Part shown: positions 39,591-51,879 of the stretch, piece after piece
Layout: each line of letters opens with the position of its first letter
How positions within the stretch are numbered: position 1 is the first letter of the stretch
NCBI RefSeq assembly: GCF_963921235.1
Contig: NC_086108.1
Span: 21,948,001-22,012,000 of the forward strand
Direction: 5' to 3'
DNA length: 64,000 nucleotides
Source: Mobula hypostoma
Taxonomy: Eukaryota
The notes under the pieces: model-generated
Database searches by the model: none
What the model saw: the letters and a program-made list of their open reading frames with translations, nothing else
What the model was told of the DNA's origin: nothing
Program-made: the position numbers and the translations under genes

Positions 39591-41424
39591 AATAGCTTGT
39601 CAAGGCTGTGTCAGAGAGAGCGGTCTCTGCCACAACTATCAGCCCCTCGTCTCGCTCCTGCGTCTGCACAAATTCTTTCCTGGCTACTGCTACGTCCGTC
39701 CCAGCTCCCTCACTACCTCTTATCTCACTACACCCTGTCTCATACAAGGTTGGCAAAAATGTTTCAGCTAAATTCACTATCGCGGGCCCGCGATGAACCT
39801 GTGAGTCCAGGGGCGGGGCCTCAATGCTGGCAGGCTGATCTGTCAATCTCACGACTGGGAACACGATTCCTCCGGCGATGTCATTACCGAGCAAGACTTC
39901 CACGTCTTTCATCGGTAATTCGGACCTCACCCCGATCGTGACTAGTCCAGAGACCAGGTTGCTCTGTAAGTGTATCTGGTGCAAAGGGACTGACTCTGTC
40001 CCTTCCCCAACACCTTTGACCTCTACCTCCCCAGTCTGGGTCTCTGAGCTAAACTCTAATACACTCTTCAGTATTAGTGACTGACACGCTCCCGTGTCTC
40101 TCCAGATCCGCACTGGAACTGGTTTTAACCTCTCCTTCACTGACACCAGTCCGGCCGAGATAATCCTCTCGCGCCCTTCCTGGACTTTTTCAGACCTGTC
40201 CTTCCCTAGCGGTTCGCTTAACAGCTCGATACAGCCATTCAAAATTTCCGCTTTTCCTTTCCCCATCTGCTTCCTTGGGGCAAAGCACCTGGACGCAAAG
40301 TGTCCGACTTTCCCACAATTATAACAGACGACCCCAGGAGTCTTCCTACCAGACTGCTTCCGGTCTACCTTATCCTTTTCACTAGTCCCCGGCTTACTTT
40401 CTGACTTTTCCGGCGGACTCTCCCCACCGTCCTGACTACCCTTCTGGTAGCCTTTACTCGGGGCAAACTTCATTTTATGCGTCAACGCATACTCATCCGC
40501 TAACTTAGCAGTTGCGGCTAATGTGGCTGCCTCTTTCTCATCGAGGTAGGGTCTCATACCCTCAGGGACACAACCTTTAAACTGCTCAATCAGGATCAGC
40601 TGCAGCAGTCTGTCATAATCCCCCTCTACCCCATTCGAGGCGCACCAACGCTCACAATATGTTTGCATCTCAAGGGCAAACTCCAAATACGTGCGGTCCC
40701 ACTGCTTCCTCGCATTCCGGAACCTCTGCCGGTATGCCTCCGGGACCAACTCATAAATCCTGAGGATGGCCTCTTTCACCACCTCATACCTCTGGGCATC
40801 TTCCGCGGACAAAGCTGAGTAAGCTTCTTGGGCCTTCCCTTTCAGTACACTCTGAAGTAACACAACCCACTTATCCCTCGGCCAGTCCTGACTTATAGCC
40901 ACTTTTTCGAAGTGGAGAAAGTACCGATCCACGTCGGTATCGTCAAATGGGGGAACCAGCCTAACCTCCTGGGTCGCCCGGAACCCTCCACCTTGGTTCG
41001 GCACGAGCCCCTGCTCGGCCCTTATCTTTAACTTCTCCAGCTCAAATTCCCTTTCCCTCTGTTTCCCTCTCTCTTCTCGCTCCCATTGCTTCTCTTTCTC
41101 CTCTCTCTCTAACTGTCTCTCTCTCTCTTTCTCTTCTCTTTCCAACTGTCGTACCCGGAACTCGTGCTCGAGTCTCAGTTTTTCAAACTGTACCTGTACC
41201 GCGTCTCCAGCAGGTTTTTCAATAGACACCACCCCCAGCTCACCTTGGGGAAACACACCTTTAGATACATAGTGCTCTACAATAGCTCTGTGTATCTCCT
41301 CTCTCCTCATTGTCGACTTCACCTTAGCAAGATTTAACCGTTTGGCCACAGCTATCAATTCCGATTTCCTGGCATCCTCTAATGCCTCCAAGGTCAGCGC
41401 CTTTAGAAATTCCTCAGCCTCCAT
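39547..41424 (-). CDS. Retrotransposon Gag-protease (SCAN-like capsid, CCHC knuckle, aspartic protease), 625 aa
   Basis: 'YELVPEAYRQRFR...LLQLILIEQFKGCVP...AKLADEY' (SCAN-like), CYNCGKVGHFASRC, 'IWRDTGACQS', 'VLLGND'. Confidence 0.92.
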   Translation of the reverse strand: MEAEEFLKALTLEALEDARKSELIAVAKRLNLAKVKSTMRREEIHRAIVEHYVSKGVFPQGELGVVSIEKPAGDAVQVQFEKLRLEHEFRVRQLEREEKERERQLEREEKEKQWEREERGKQREREFELEKLKIRAEQGLVPNQGGGFRATQEVRLVPPFDDTDVDRYFLHFEKVAISQDWPRDKWVVLLQSVLKGKAQEAYSALSAEDAQRYEVVKEAILRIYELVPEAYRQRFRNARKQWDRTYLEFALEMQTYCERWCASNGVEGDYDRLLQLILIEQFKGCVPEGMRPYLDEKEAATLAATAKLADEYALTHKMKFAPSKGYQKGSQDGGESPPEKSESKPGTSEKDKVDRKQSGRKTPGVVCYNCGKVGHFASRCFAPRKQMGKGKAEILNGCIELLSEPLGKDRSEKVQEGRERIISAGLVSVKERLKPVPVRIWRDTGACQSLILKSVLEFSSETQTGEVEVKGVGEGTESVPLHQIHLQSNLVSGLVTIGVRSELPMKDVEVLLGNDIAGGIVFPVVRLTDQPASIEAPPLDSQVHRGPAIVNLAETFLPTLYETGCSEIRGSEGAGTDVAVARKEFVQTQERDEGLIVVAETALSDTALTSYCAEEEREIKDSIRR

Positions 41425-41500
41425 TTCTGCTGTTTGTCTTTTCTTTCTTTCGAGAATTTTAACCCAATCAATTTACTCTGTCCCAAATTTAGCGTTCAAA

Positions 41501-41518
41501 ATCCTGGACGAGCCCCCA
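41501..41518 (-). promoter_or_regulatory. tRNA-Pro primer binding site
   Basis: Minus strand TGGGGGCTCGTCCAGGAT, a 17/18 match to the canonical Pro PBS TGGGGGCTCGTCCGGGAT, 4 nt from the 5' LTR. Confidence 0.92.
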
Positions 41519-41522
41519 CTTA

Positions 41523-42365
41523 TGTTACGTACCCCGTAACTGGGTTGCCAAACCAGCAGAAATGGATCACTCAGTTGGAGTCTGGAGTACTAGAACTAAG
41601 AAAGTTTTATTAAAGAAACAAGCAACACAGTAATCGAAAGGATAATAAATGCAACAGTTCAGCGATGATAAACACACATGTGCACAGAATTAAGATAACA
41701 GCATCAATCAAGCTCTATCGTTGTCTAGGGGTAAATGACCAAATTTCAAAGTGACTCAAAGTTCAGTTCGCAGTAATCGTTGCCATGGCGATGGACAACG
41801 TGGGGGAAGAGAGAGATAGAACAGGAACAACTGATCATTCAGAACGGCTTCACTCACAGACCGGCGAGATTGCTCACAAGCAACTTTTGGGCGGGTCCTT
41901 GGTGATGTCACCTGAGGTCACTGACTGTGATCCCTCCTCCAGATATGGTCGATCCTCTGCAGTGAACCCGGCACCCAGGCAAGGGCGGACACACACCGGG
42001 TTCCCGCGGATCGTACCTTTCCACCCTGGTCGTTGTCTGGTACTTCTCACCCACTCGTGAGAGGCGCACCGCTTCCAGGATCTCGTTACCTCGGGTGGCG
42101 TGTGTGTCTGTCTTAGTGAACCTGTCCCTTTTTATCCCCCTGCTGGGGCATCACCTGTCCATCACTTCAAACAGTTCAAGGTTCAAAGGGGGGAGCCGCT
42201 CCAGACAGCTCTCTCTCTCCCGTTCCTTCATTACACATCTCCAGACGCTGCTCCATTGTTCCTTATCTCTCCTTCCCCTGAGGGCAGGTGGCAGACCACT
42301 TGCTGATGTCACTGATGCTAACCCAGGCCAGCAAACATCTTAATTTTATGTGTATTCTCGTCACA
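41523..42365 (-). repeat. 5' LTR (843 bp)
   Basis: Direct repeat of 37578-38420. I saw two substitutions. Confidence 0.97.
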
Positions 42366-43380
42366 CTAGCCACAGAGTCATGAGTGTTGAGAGAGTAGAA
42401 CAGTGGATTAAGTATGCATCCTTGAGGTGTTCCAGTGTGATTGTCGGCAAGAGGAGTTGCTGTTTCTGATTCGCATTGACTGTCAAGAATCTCAGTTCTA
42501 CGGAGAGGTACATAGGCCCAGGTTTTGAAGTTTGTTGATTAGTACTGTGGGGATGATGGCATTGAATACTGATAAATGGCAACATGACCTGTACATTGAG
42601 GTTCTCCACTTGTTTGTTTGCTTGAATTAAATTTTCCACTCAGAAATAATATTTTCCCTTGATTAATCTTGACAAAATTTAGAAAATACATTCCTTGTCC
42701 ATTTATCTCTTGAATGAGGAATGCCAGCTTTTATAATCAATCTTCATGAAACATTTAAAACCGAGAATCATCTTGCAACTCTTTTCTTCACCCACTCAAT
42801 ATCATCTTTTTGAACAGATCCAGGTTGGAATCCTTTTTCTAGCTGAGACTTAAAGAATTTATTGTGAAAGGACTGGATAAATAGAATCATCCTTGTCCAC
42901 CTTTACATTATGTCTCTCGGTTTTTATGTATTCTAAGTGTGGTTTATCCAAAGTTGAATTTATGTTTAACATACCTCCTTGGCTTTTGTAGAAGTTAGCT
43001 TTTATACTTTCTGTGTCATTTTTCTAGTTGTGCTACTACTTTTAATGTTTTATGGATCTACAGAATGTCACTTAGTGTCTTGGATTCCAAATGTGGTACT
43101 AATGATTGAAGGTGTCAGTGCTGAATTTGAAAACCTTTGGGCAAATTGCAAATGTAAATGTGTTGATTCTAAAGTAGCTTGTTTTAGTAAATGCTTAAAT
43201 GATTATTCTCACTCTCTGTTGTTTCTGCCTTTCACATTATTGCATATACAGTACTATGCAAAAGTCTTAGGCACATGTATATAGATGGGATGCCTAAGAC
43301 TTTTTGCACAGGATTGTAGTAATTTTATGTATTGCACTGTACTGCTGCAGCAAATGGGAAAAACAATTTCATGATATATA

Positions 43381-46288
43381 AGAACATAGACCATAAGACA
43401 TTGGAGCAGAATTAGACCACCTGGCCCATCGAGTCTGGTCCACCATTCAATCATAGCTGATCCTTCTTTTCTATCTCCTCCTCAACCCTAGTTTCCGGCC
43501 TTCTGTCCGTAACCTTTGACGTTGCGTTAATCTCTGCCTGAAATACACCCAATGACCTGGCCTCCACAGCTGCATGTGGCAGCAAATCCCACAAATTCAC
43601 CACCCTTTGGCTAAGAAATTTCTCTGCATCTCTGTTTTGAAAGGGCATCCCTCTATCCTGAAGCTATGCCCTCTTGTCCTAGACTCTCCCACCATGGGAA
43701 ACATCCTTTCTACATCTACTCTGTCTAGGCCTTTCAACATTCAAAAGGTTTAAATGAGATTCCCCCCCGCCCGCAATCCTTCTGAATCCCAGCGAGTGCG
43801 GACCCAGAGCCACCAAACATTCCTCGTATGATAATCCTTTCATTCCTGAAATCATCCTTGACAAGGTTCCACACGGTAGGCTTATTCAGAAAGTCAGAAG
43901 GCATGGGATCCAGGGAAGTTTGGCCAGGTGGATTCAGAATTGGCTTGCCTGCAGAAAGCAGAGGGTGGTGGTGGAGGGAGTACATTCAGATTGGAGGGTT
44001 GTGACTAGTGGTGTCCCACAAGGATCGGTTCTGGGACCTCTACTTTTTGTGATTTTTATTAACAACCTGGATGTGGGAGTAGAAGGGTGGGTTGGCAAGT
44101 TTGCAGACGACACAAAGGTTGGTGGTGTTGTGGATAGTGTAGAGGGTTGTCGAAGATTGCAGAGAGACATTAATAAGATGCAGAAGTGGGCTGAGAAGTG
44201 GCAGATGGAGTTCAACACGGAGAAGTGTGAGGTGGTCCACTTTGGAAGGACAAACTCCAAGGCAGAGTACAAAGTAAATGGCAGGTTACTTAGAAAGTGT
44301 GGAGGAGCAGAGGGATCTGAGGGTACATGTCCACAGATCCCTGAAAGTTGCCTCACAGGTAGATAGGGTAGTTAAGAAAGCTTATGGGGTGTTAGCTTTC
44401 ATAAGTCGAGGGATAGAGTTTAAGAGTTGCGGGGTAATGATGCAGCTCTATAAAACTGGTTAGGCCACACTTGGAGTACTGTGTCCAGTTCTGGTTGCCT
44501 CACTATAGGAAGGATGTGGAAGCACTGGATAGGGTACAGAGGAGATTTACCAGGTTGCTGCCTGGTTCAGAGAGTATGGATTATGATCAGAGATTAAGGG
44601 AGCTCGGGCTTTACTCTTTGGAGAGAAGGAGGATGAGAGGAGACATGATAGAGGTATACAAGATATTAAGAGGAATAGATAGAGTGGACAGCCAGCATCT
44701 CTTCCCCAGGGCACCACTGCTCAATACAAGAGGACATGACTTTAAGGTAAGAGGTGGAAAGTTCAAGGGGCATATTAGAGGAAGATTTTTTACTCAGAGC
44801 GTGGTTGGTGCGTGGAATGCACTGCCTGAGTCAGTGGTGGAGGCAGATACACTAGTGAAATTTAAGAGACTACTGGACAGGTATATTGAGGAATTTAAGG
44901 TGGGGGGTTATATGGGAGGCAGGGTTTAAGGGTCGGCACAACATTGTGGGCCAAAGGGCCTGTATTGTGCTGTACTGTTCTATGTTCTAACCTCCTCTGG
45001 ACCCTCTCCAATGTCAGCACGTCTTTTCTAAGATGAGGGACCCAAAACTGTTCACAATACTAAAGTTGAAACCTCACCAGTGCCTTATAAAGCCTCAGCA
45101 TCACATCCTTGCTCTTGTATTCTAGACTTCTTGAAATGAATGCTAACATGACATTTGTCTTCCTCACGACCGACTCAAACTGCAAGTTAACCTTCAGGGT
45201 GTTCTGCACAAGGACTCCCAAGTCCCTCTGCATCTCAGATTGCTGGATTTTCTCCCCAAAGAGAAAATAGACCGCACATTTATTTCTACTACCAAAGTGC
45301 ATGACCATGCATTTTCCAACATTGTATTTCATTTGCCACTTTATTGCCCATTCTCCTAATCTGTCTAAATCCTTTTCCAGCCTGCCTGTTTCCTGTACAC
45401 TTCCTGCCCCTTCACCAATCTTCATATCATCTGCAAACTTGGCAACAAAGCCACCTATTCTATCATCTAAATCATTTATAAACAGCATAAAAAGAAGTGA
45501 TTCCAACACTGACCCCTACGAAACACCACTAGTCACTGGCAGCCAACCAGAAAAGGATCCTTTTATTCCAACTCGCTGCCTCCTACCAATCAGCCAATGG
45601 CCTAACCATGTTAGCAACTTTCCAGTAATACCATGTGGCCCTTAACTTGGTAAGCAGCCTCATGTGTGACACCCTTGTCAAAGGCTTTCTGAATGTCCGA
45701 CTATATAACATCCACTGCATCCCCTTTACCTATCGTACTTGTAATCTCGTCAAAGAATTCCAACAGGTTCATCAGGCAGGACTTTCCATGAAGGAAACCA
45801 TGCTGACTTTGTACTATCTTGTCCTGTGTCACCAAATACTCCATCACCTCATCCTTAACAATTGACTCCAACATCTTCCCAACCATTGCTAACTAGTCTA
45901 TAATTTCCTTTCTGCTGCCTTCCTCCTTTCTTCAAGAGTGGAGTAAGATTTGCAATTTTCCAGTCCTGCGGCACCATGCTAGAGTTCAATGATCTTTGAA
46001 AGATCATTTCTAATGCCACCACAATCTCTAATGCTATCTCTTCCAGAACCCTAGGATGCAGTTCCTCTGGTCTGGGTGACTTGTGTACCTTTAGGTCTTT
46101 CAGCTTTTTGAGCACCTTCTGTCTTGTAATAGTAACCACACCCACTTCTCTTCCTTCACACACTACAGCATCAAGCATACTGCTAGTGTCTTCCACAGTG
46201 AAGACTGACACCAAATACTTATTTAGTTTATCAGCCATCTCCTTGTCCCCCGTTATTATTTCTCCTGCCTCATTTTCTAGCGGTCATA
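43381..46288 (-). mobile_element. 5'-truncated CR1 LINE (outer), interrupted at 43861-44988
   Basis: 'ADKLNKYLVSVFT', 'SQHGFLHGKSCL', 'AKFADDMKIG'. Tail 'agaacatagaccataagaca'. Confidence 0.9.
43861..44988 (+). mobile_element. 5'-truncated CR1 inserted antisense into another CR1
   Basis: 'VTSGVPQGSVLGPLLF...KFADDTKVGG' and 'LERRRMRGDMIEVYKI'. Tail 'gtactgttctatgttct'. Host CR1 rejoins as 'atcatccttg..aacctcctctgg'. Confidence 0.93.
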
Positions 46289-47292
46289 TGTGAGTGATGA
46301 TAAACCTGATTCTGATATGAGTCTGTATTGAGGACTGAGAGTGGGAAGGGGGCAGGAAGAGGAGAGAATCATGGTTGGGGAAAAGGGGGAAGGAGTGGGA
46401 AGCACCAGAGAGACATTCTGTTATTATCAATAAACTAATTGTTTAGAATCAAATGTCTTGGGGCTGGATGTGTCTGCACCCGCGCCACTCCCTGCTCCTG
46501 ACACTTCAGGGCCAACTGCCCTACACCGCCCCCACAGCACTCCACCCTCACCATTCCCAATATCCTTTGCCTCTGCCAGATTTACAAACTGGCTCTGCGC
46601 TCCATGTTGATAAATACAGTACTGTGCAAAAGTTTTATGCACCCTAGCTATATATATTTGTGCCTAAGGCTTTTTGCACAGTGCATTATTTACATTTTAA
46701 TACATTATTAGTCCCCTTTTGTGTTGTACTCTCAACTGTAAAACAACTGAAAATGGCAACAACTGAAGAACTCATATTTATGTTTGACCTTAGCAACTTG
46801 TCCAGACTGCTTCACTTAATAAATTGCAATGAAATATCAAGGCTCCTCCTGCAACACTAATCAGCTTGTGATGTTTGTTAACGAGGAAATAAGAACTTCT
46901 GTATCTTCACTGTGATGGGAATTTGTCTCATATGAACATGATTCAGGCCTGTAGGTGTTACTGATCCAAGCAGACAATGCCAAGTGTTTAAATAAGTTGT
47001 GATTGTAAAATTTTGATACCATAATCAACTGAAACTTCAGATTTTGTTAAATGATGAATTGCGTGAATTAACTTTTGTTGATTTCAGCACAGAGTATCAG
47101 TGAGAAAGGTATCAAGCTCTTGACCAGGATTGAAAATACAGATTTTAGTATTTAGAGACAAGGTCACTTACACTGATGCAAACAACACATATTGCCTAAT
47201 TATTGAAATATGATGCCAAGCATCTAAGAGTATTTGTTCAGATTAAACATTTAAAATCAGGAAACATTTCTCACTGTCCTCAGATATGACAT

Positions 47293-48100
47293 TCAGAATC
47301 AGAATCAGGTTTATTATCACTGGCATATGATGTGAAATTTGTTAACTTAGCAGCAGCAATTCAATGCAATACATAATCTAGCAGAGAGAAAAAAAAATAA
47401 AAAATAATAATAAATAAACAAACAAGTAAATCAATTACGTATATTGAATAGATTAAAAAATGTGCAAAAACTGAAATACTGTATATTATAAAATAAGTGA
47501 GGTAGTGTCTAAAGCTTCAGTATCCATTTAGGAATTGGATGGCAGAGGGGAAGAAGCTGTTCCTGAATCACTGAGTGTGTGCTTTCAGGCTTCTGTATCT
47601 CCTACCTGACGGTAAGAGTGAGAAAAGGGCATGCCCTGGGTGCTGGAGGTCCTTAATAATGGATGCTGCCTTGCTGAGACACCACTCCCTAAGGATGTCT
47701 TGGGTACTTTGTAGGCTAGTGCCCAGGATGGAGCTGACTAGATTTACAAACTTCTGCAGCTTCTTTTGGTCCTGTGGTCCTGTGCAGTAGCCCCTCCATA
47801 CCAGACAGTGATGCAGCCTGTCAGAATGCTCTCCACGGTACAACTATAGAAGTTTTTGAGTTTATTTGTTGACATGCCAAATCTCTTCAAACTTCTAATA
47901 AAGTATAGCCACTGTCTTGGCTTCTTTATAACTACATCGATATGCTGGAACCAGGTTAGATCCTCAGAGATCTTGACACCCAGGAACATGAAGCTGCTTA
48001 CTCTCTCCACTTCTGATCCCTCTATGAGGATTGGTATGTGACCATTCCACTTGTTGGCATATCTCACTTCTGTACGCCTTCTTGTCACCACCTGAGATTC
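47293..48100 (-). mobile_element. Rex1/Babar-type 3' fragment
   Basis: 'FLGVKISEDLTW', 'HALFSLLPSGRRYRSLKAHT'. (CAGAAT)n tail. Confidence 0.88.
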
Positions 48101-48277
48101 TGCCTTCTGATGGAGATCTGGGCATTTGTGCTTTTTGTAGATGGCAGAAATGCTACAGCCATAGTGTGCAGTGTCATGGGAATGGTCAGTTGATAAAACA
48201 AGTGAAGAGTATTCAATTACACAAAACCTGCTGGTTACATTTTGCAGGTCAGGCAGAAGCTGTGAGAAATTGAGCTA

Positions 48278-49565
48278 TAGTCATAGTCATAGTCATAGTC
48301 ATACTTTATTGATCCCGGGGGAAATAGGTTTTCGTTACAGTTGCACCATAAATAATTAAATAGTAATATAACCATAAATAATTAAATAGTAATATGTAAA
48401 TTATGCCAGGAAATAAGTCCAGGACCAGCCTATTGGCTCAGGGTGTCTGACCCTCCAAGGGAGGAGTTGTAAAGTTTGATGGCCACAGGCAGGAATGACT
48501 TCCTATGATGCTCTGTGTTGCATCTCGGTGGAATGAGTCTCTGGCTGAATGTACTCCTGTGCCCAACCAGTACATTATGTAGTGGATGGGAGACATTGTC
48601 CAAGATGGCATGCAACTTAGACAGCATCCTCTTTTCAGACACCACCGTGAGAGAGTCCAGTTCCATCCCCACAACATCACTGGCCTTACGAATGAGTTTG
48701 TTGATTCTGCTGGTGTCTGCTACCCTCAACGTGCTGCCCCAGCACACAACAGCAAACATGATCTCAGTGGCCACCACAGAGTCGTAGAACATCCTCAGCG
48801 TCGTCCGACAGATGTTGAAGGACCTCAGTCTCCTCAGGAAATAGGGACGGCTCTGACCCTTCTTGTAGACAGCTTCAGTGTTCTTTGGCCAGTCCAGTTT
48901 ATTGTCAGTTTGTATCCCCAGGTATTTGTAATCCTCCACATGTCCACACTGACCCCCTGGATGGAAACAGGGGTCACCGGTGCCTTAGCTCTCCTCAGGT
49001 CCACCACCAGCAACTTAGTCTTTTTCACATTAAGCTGCAGATGATCCTGCTGACACCATGTGACAAAGTTTCCTACCGTATCCCTGTACTCAGCCTCATC
49101 TCCCTTGCTGATGCATCCAACTATGGCAGTCATCGGAAAACTTCTGAAGATGACAAGACTCTGTGCAGTAGTTGAAGTCCGAGGTGTAAATGGTGAAGAG
49201 AAAGGGAGACAAGACAGTCCCCTGTGGAGCCCCAGTGCTGCTGATCACTCTGTTGGACACACAGTGTGTTGCAAGCACACGTACTGTGGTCTGCCAGTCA
49301 GGTAATCAAGAGTCCATGACACCAGGAAAGCATCCACTTGCATCGCTGTCAGCTTCTCCCCCAGCAGAGCAGGGCGGATGGTGTTGAACGCACTGGAGAA
49401 GTCAAAAAACATGACCCTCACAGTGCTCGCTGGTTTGTCCAGCTGGGTGTAGACATGGTTCAGCAGGTAGATGACGGCATCCTCAACTCCTAGTCGGGGC
49501 TGGTAGGTGAACTGGAGGGGATCTAAGTGTGGCCTAACCATAGGCTGGAGCAGCTCTAGAACAAG
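48278..49565 (-). mobile_element. Younger Rex1/Babar-type LINE, 5'-truncated, (AGTCAT)n tail
   Basis: 'LDPLQFTYQP...VRVMFFDFSSAFNTIRP', 'GAPQGTVLSPFLF...QKFSDD', 'YKYLG...YKKGQSR.YFLRRLRSF'. Confidence 0.92.
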
Positions 49566-49869
49566 TTAATTTCCAGAACAAGAAAATGTTAATTTAATGA
49601 TGCAGACCATAAGGTTATAGGTTTTCTTATCTCTTCTACTGACCTCCCAAGAATTCTCTGGCTCTTTAGCTCTCTTGTGGTACATATCCCATGGTTTAAT
49701 CACTTCACCAATGATATTTGTACCTTTAGCTACCAAAATAATTGCTGTTCTAGTGGCATATAGATAGACCACTGAGCCAATTCCTAGTTGTCATCCTCAT
49801 TTCTTTGCTCCTTACTCAGCCGTACAAATATTTTATCTTAAGTGCCTATGTAATTGTATTTTGAAAAAC

Positions 49870-51190
49870 AACAGATTTCAGTTAATTGAAACACATTGGG
49901 ACCATTTTGGCCCAACTAACCAGCTGTCACAATTAGCTGAAGTTTCATGGAAATGGTTAAAAAGGTATAAAAAAGACAAATTACTGTTGAACTGAGCAAT
50001 AAATTATATATTTAAATGAAATACAGAACAAATTGGAACACAAAACCAATGCTACTGCAGTACCATAAAACTGTGTATTAGTTCCTAATATTTACTGACA
50101 GAGGAATTCATTAAGTATACATTGCTGTGTGTGGAGTGTCCAGGGAAGGGTAGCACCTCTGGTGAAGGGGCTTGTCATGTCCATTCTGGGGTAGCTCCCT
50201 TGCCTTTGGTCCCCATCGGACTCTGGGCTCTCACTTATGCTCCAAGTAGCAGTTTGCATGTGATAGAGGCTACACCCCTGTCCACCGCTTTGACAGGCGG
50301 GTTAAACCAGTTGAAGGTGGCTGGTGGGCCTCATACCTCAGTGAAATAGGGAAATACCCTTTCCTAGCATTTGAAGTCAGTTTGACGGACTGGGCCGGTG
50401 AGATCCAATGGCCAAGATGGCGGTTCTGTAGCACTTCATGGAGAGCAAAGAGCATGATAAGGCACAGAAGAAATCATGGTTATCCGCTGAAAACAAGGAA
50501 GACCCCAGGTTTAGATGACTACTCAAACCACTGGACCCAGACTTCCAAGGTCAAGAGAGTGGAACTGTCCCAGTGCAATGGCTTTTCCACTTTTAAAACT
50601 CTCCCACACAGGTTTCACCGTTACCATTCAGTGTGATGGACAGCCAACACACTGCCGTATTGTTTGATTGACTGAAAGTGAACAAATTTTGAACAGTCAC
50701 CTAATGCAGATAATGGTCTGCCTACATACAATGCTGTTGATGATTGCATCTTCCAAATCATAATTTCCATTGGAATATTCAAGATGATTGTCAATACCTT
50801 AAAAATTTTTATAATTCCTAACTTGTTGAAGTAGTGAAATCGATTCATTTTCATTCCTGGCCACTTCTGGCATCTCCAAGCCTGAATGCTTGAAACCACA
50901 GTGAGCAAAACAATTCCAAATTGTATTGCGGCTTATTTTGCACCAATTGTCAGTGAGGAAAATCACTGCTTTTTGAACACAAACACGTGCATCTGGTGTG
51001 ATTTAAAATAACTTCACTCTAAGCACTGCGTGGTGTCCAACAGCCACACGTGTCTGTGACTGATTCTAGTGAGAAGCTGTTCAGCAACAGTGTCCTGTCC
51101 CAGTTAAGTGGCATAGTGTCCCAAATAAATGGATGAAATTGTGGCTATTTTCTTGATTAGTTTTTGTACTTTAAGAATTTTTCCACATAA
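49870..51190. mobile_element. Old DNA-transposon-like (probably Tigger-derived) remnant containing a GC-richer insert at about 50120-50630 that resembles an RTE-clade 5' UTR
   Basis: Subterminal 'gggac/gtccca...ttaa' motifs at both ends. The insert starts 'cacctctggtgaaggggcttgtcatgtcc', reminiscent of RTE 5' ends. Recognised by resemblance only. Confidence 0.4.
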
Positions 51191-51879
51191 ATACCTGATT
51201 TTATACTCAATATCACCTTAATTATGAATTCTTTGTGCTGTGTGAAGCACTCCCTCAAAATAACCTGCAATTTTCAAGAATTTTCAGTGATCTATGTACA
51301 TATACAGCAAGACCCTATGCGCACTTTATTTGGAACTGTGTTCCTTAGTCTTCATCGTCTCTCCGTTCTTTCTGCTGAATTGTAGCATTTCACACTTTTC
51401 TGTTCTGCATGTTTTCAATCACTAGTCTGCCCAGTCTAACCATTCTGTCAACGTCACCTTGAATTTTTTTTGTTCTCCTTCTCACTGTATGCTACATTTC
51501 CAAACTCTGTTATCTGTAAATCTGGTCATTTTACCTTACATTGCCTGTGATGGGTATTCACTATCCAGGGTCAGAGGCTTTTTGTTGATCTCTGCTTTTT
51601 AGCAGAAGTAACTGTTTAAGTATCAAGATGTTTGTTGTTTTTTTAAAACTTTTATTATTTAGCAATTCTCTGAAGAAGCAATGCTGTCCAGGCTCAAGAC
51701 TCTATTTGTGACTGACTGAGATTGCAACCTAATCAGAAGAAACAACATTGTCTGTTAACCTAAACTCCTGCTGTCTGACCTGATCAATGCAGTTGTGAAC
51801 ACATTAACATGCAGATGAGATCATCACAAAATGACTGGGAAAAGATGTAAATACTAGAAGGCAGTTAAGATGCGAGGTG

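Larger units (their letters stand above)
37578..42365 (-). mobile_element. Gmr1-like Gypsy LTR retrotransposon, internally deleted, very recent insertion
   Basis: Two 843-bp TG...CA LTRs, 4-bp TSD CTAG (37574-37577, 42366-42369), PBS, polypurine tract, gag-protease ORF, and an integrase remnant lying upstream of an RT remnant. Confidence 0.96.
36440..42580 (-). mobile_element. Old Rex1/Babar-type LINE, interrupted by a plus-strand Rex 3' fragment (about 36665-37060) and by the LTR element
   Basis: Flanks 'gtctgagctgtgtCTAG' and 'CTAGccacagagtcatgagtg' join into continuous Rex RT sequence. Confidence 0.7.
43249..46686. mobile_element. Putative composite non-autonomous Tc1-type element bounded by two inverted ~70-bp hairpin units (43249-43316, 46617-46686), split by CR1
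   Basis: Each unit reads CAGTACTRTGCAAAAGTYTTAKGCAC...TGCCTAAGRCTTTTTGCACAG and is preceded by TA. The two units are reverse complements of each other, loops included. Confidence 0.65.

Noticed and set aside
39547..41424. Domesticated SCAN-domain host gene
   Set aside because: It lies between near-identical LTRs with PBS, polypurine tract and TSD, so it is a recent retrotransposon ORF.
37578..42365. Endogenous gammaretrovirus, suggested by the Pro PBS
   Set aside because: No env gene. The Gag and domain order are Gmr1/Gypsy-like.
50120..50630. HDV-like ribozyme at an RTE-like 5' end
   Set aside because: I could not assemble the nested double pseudoknot by eye. A descriptor search would be needed.
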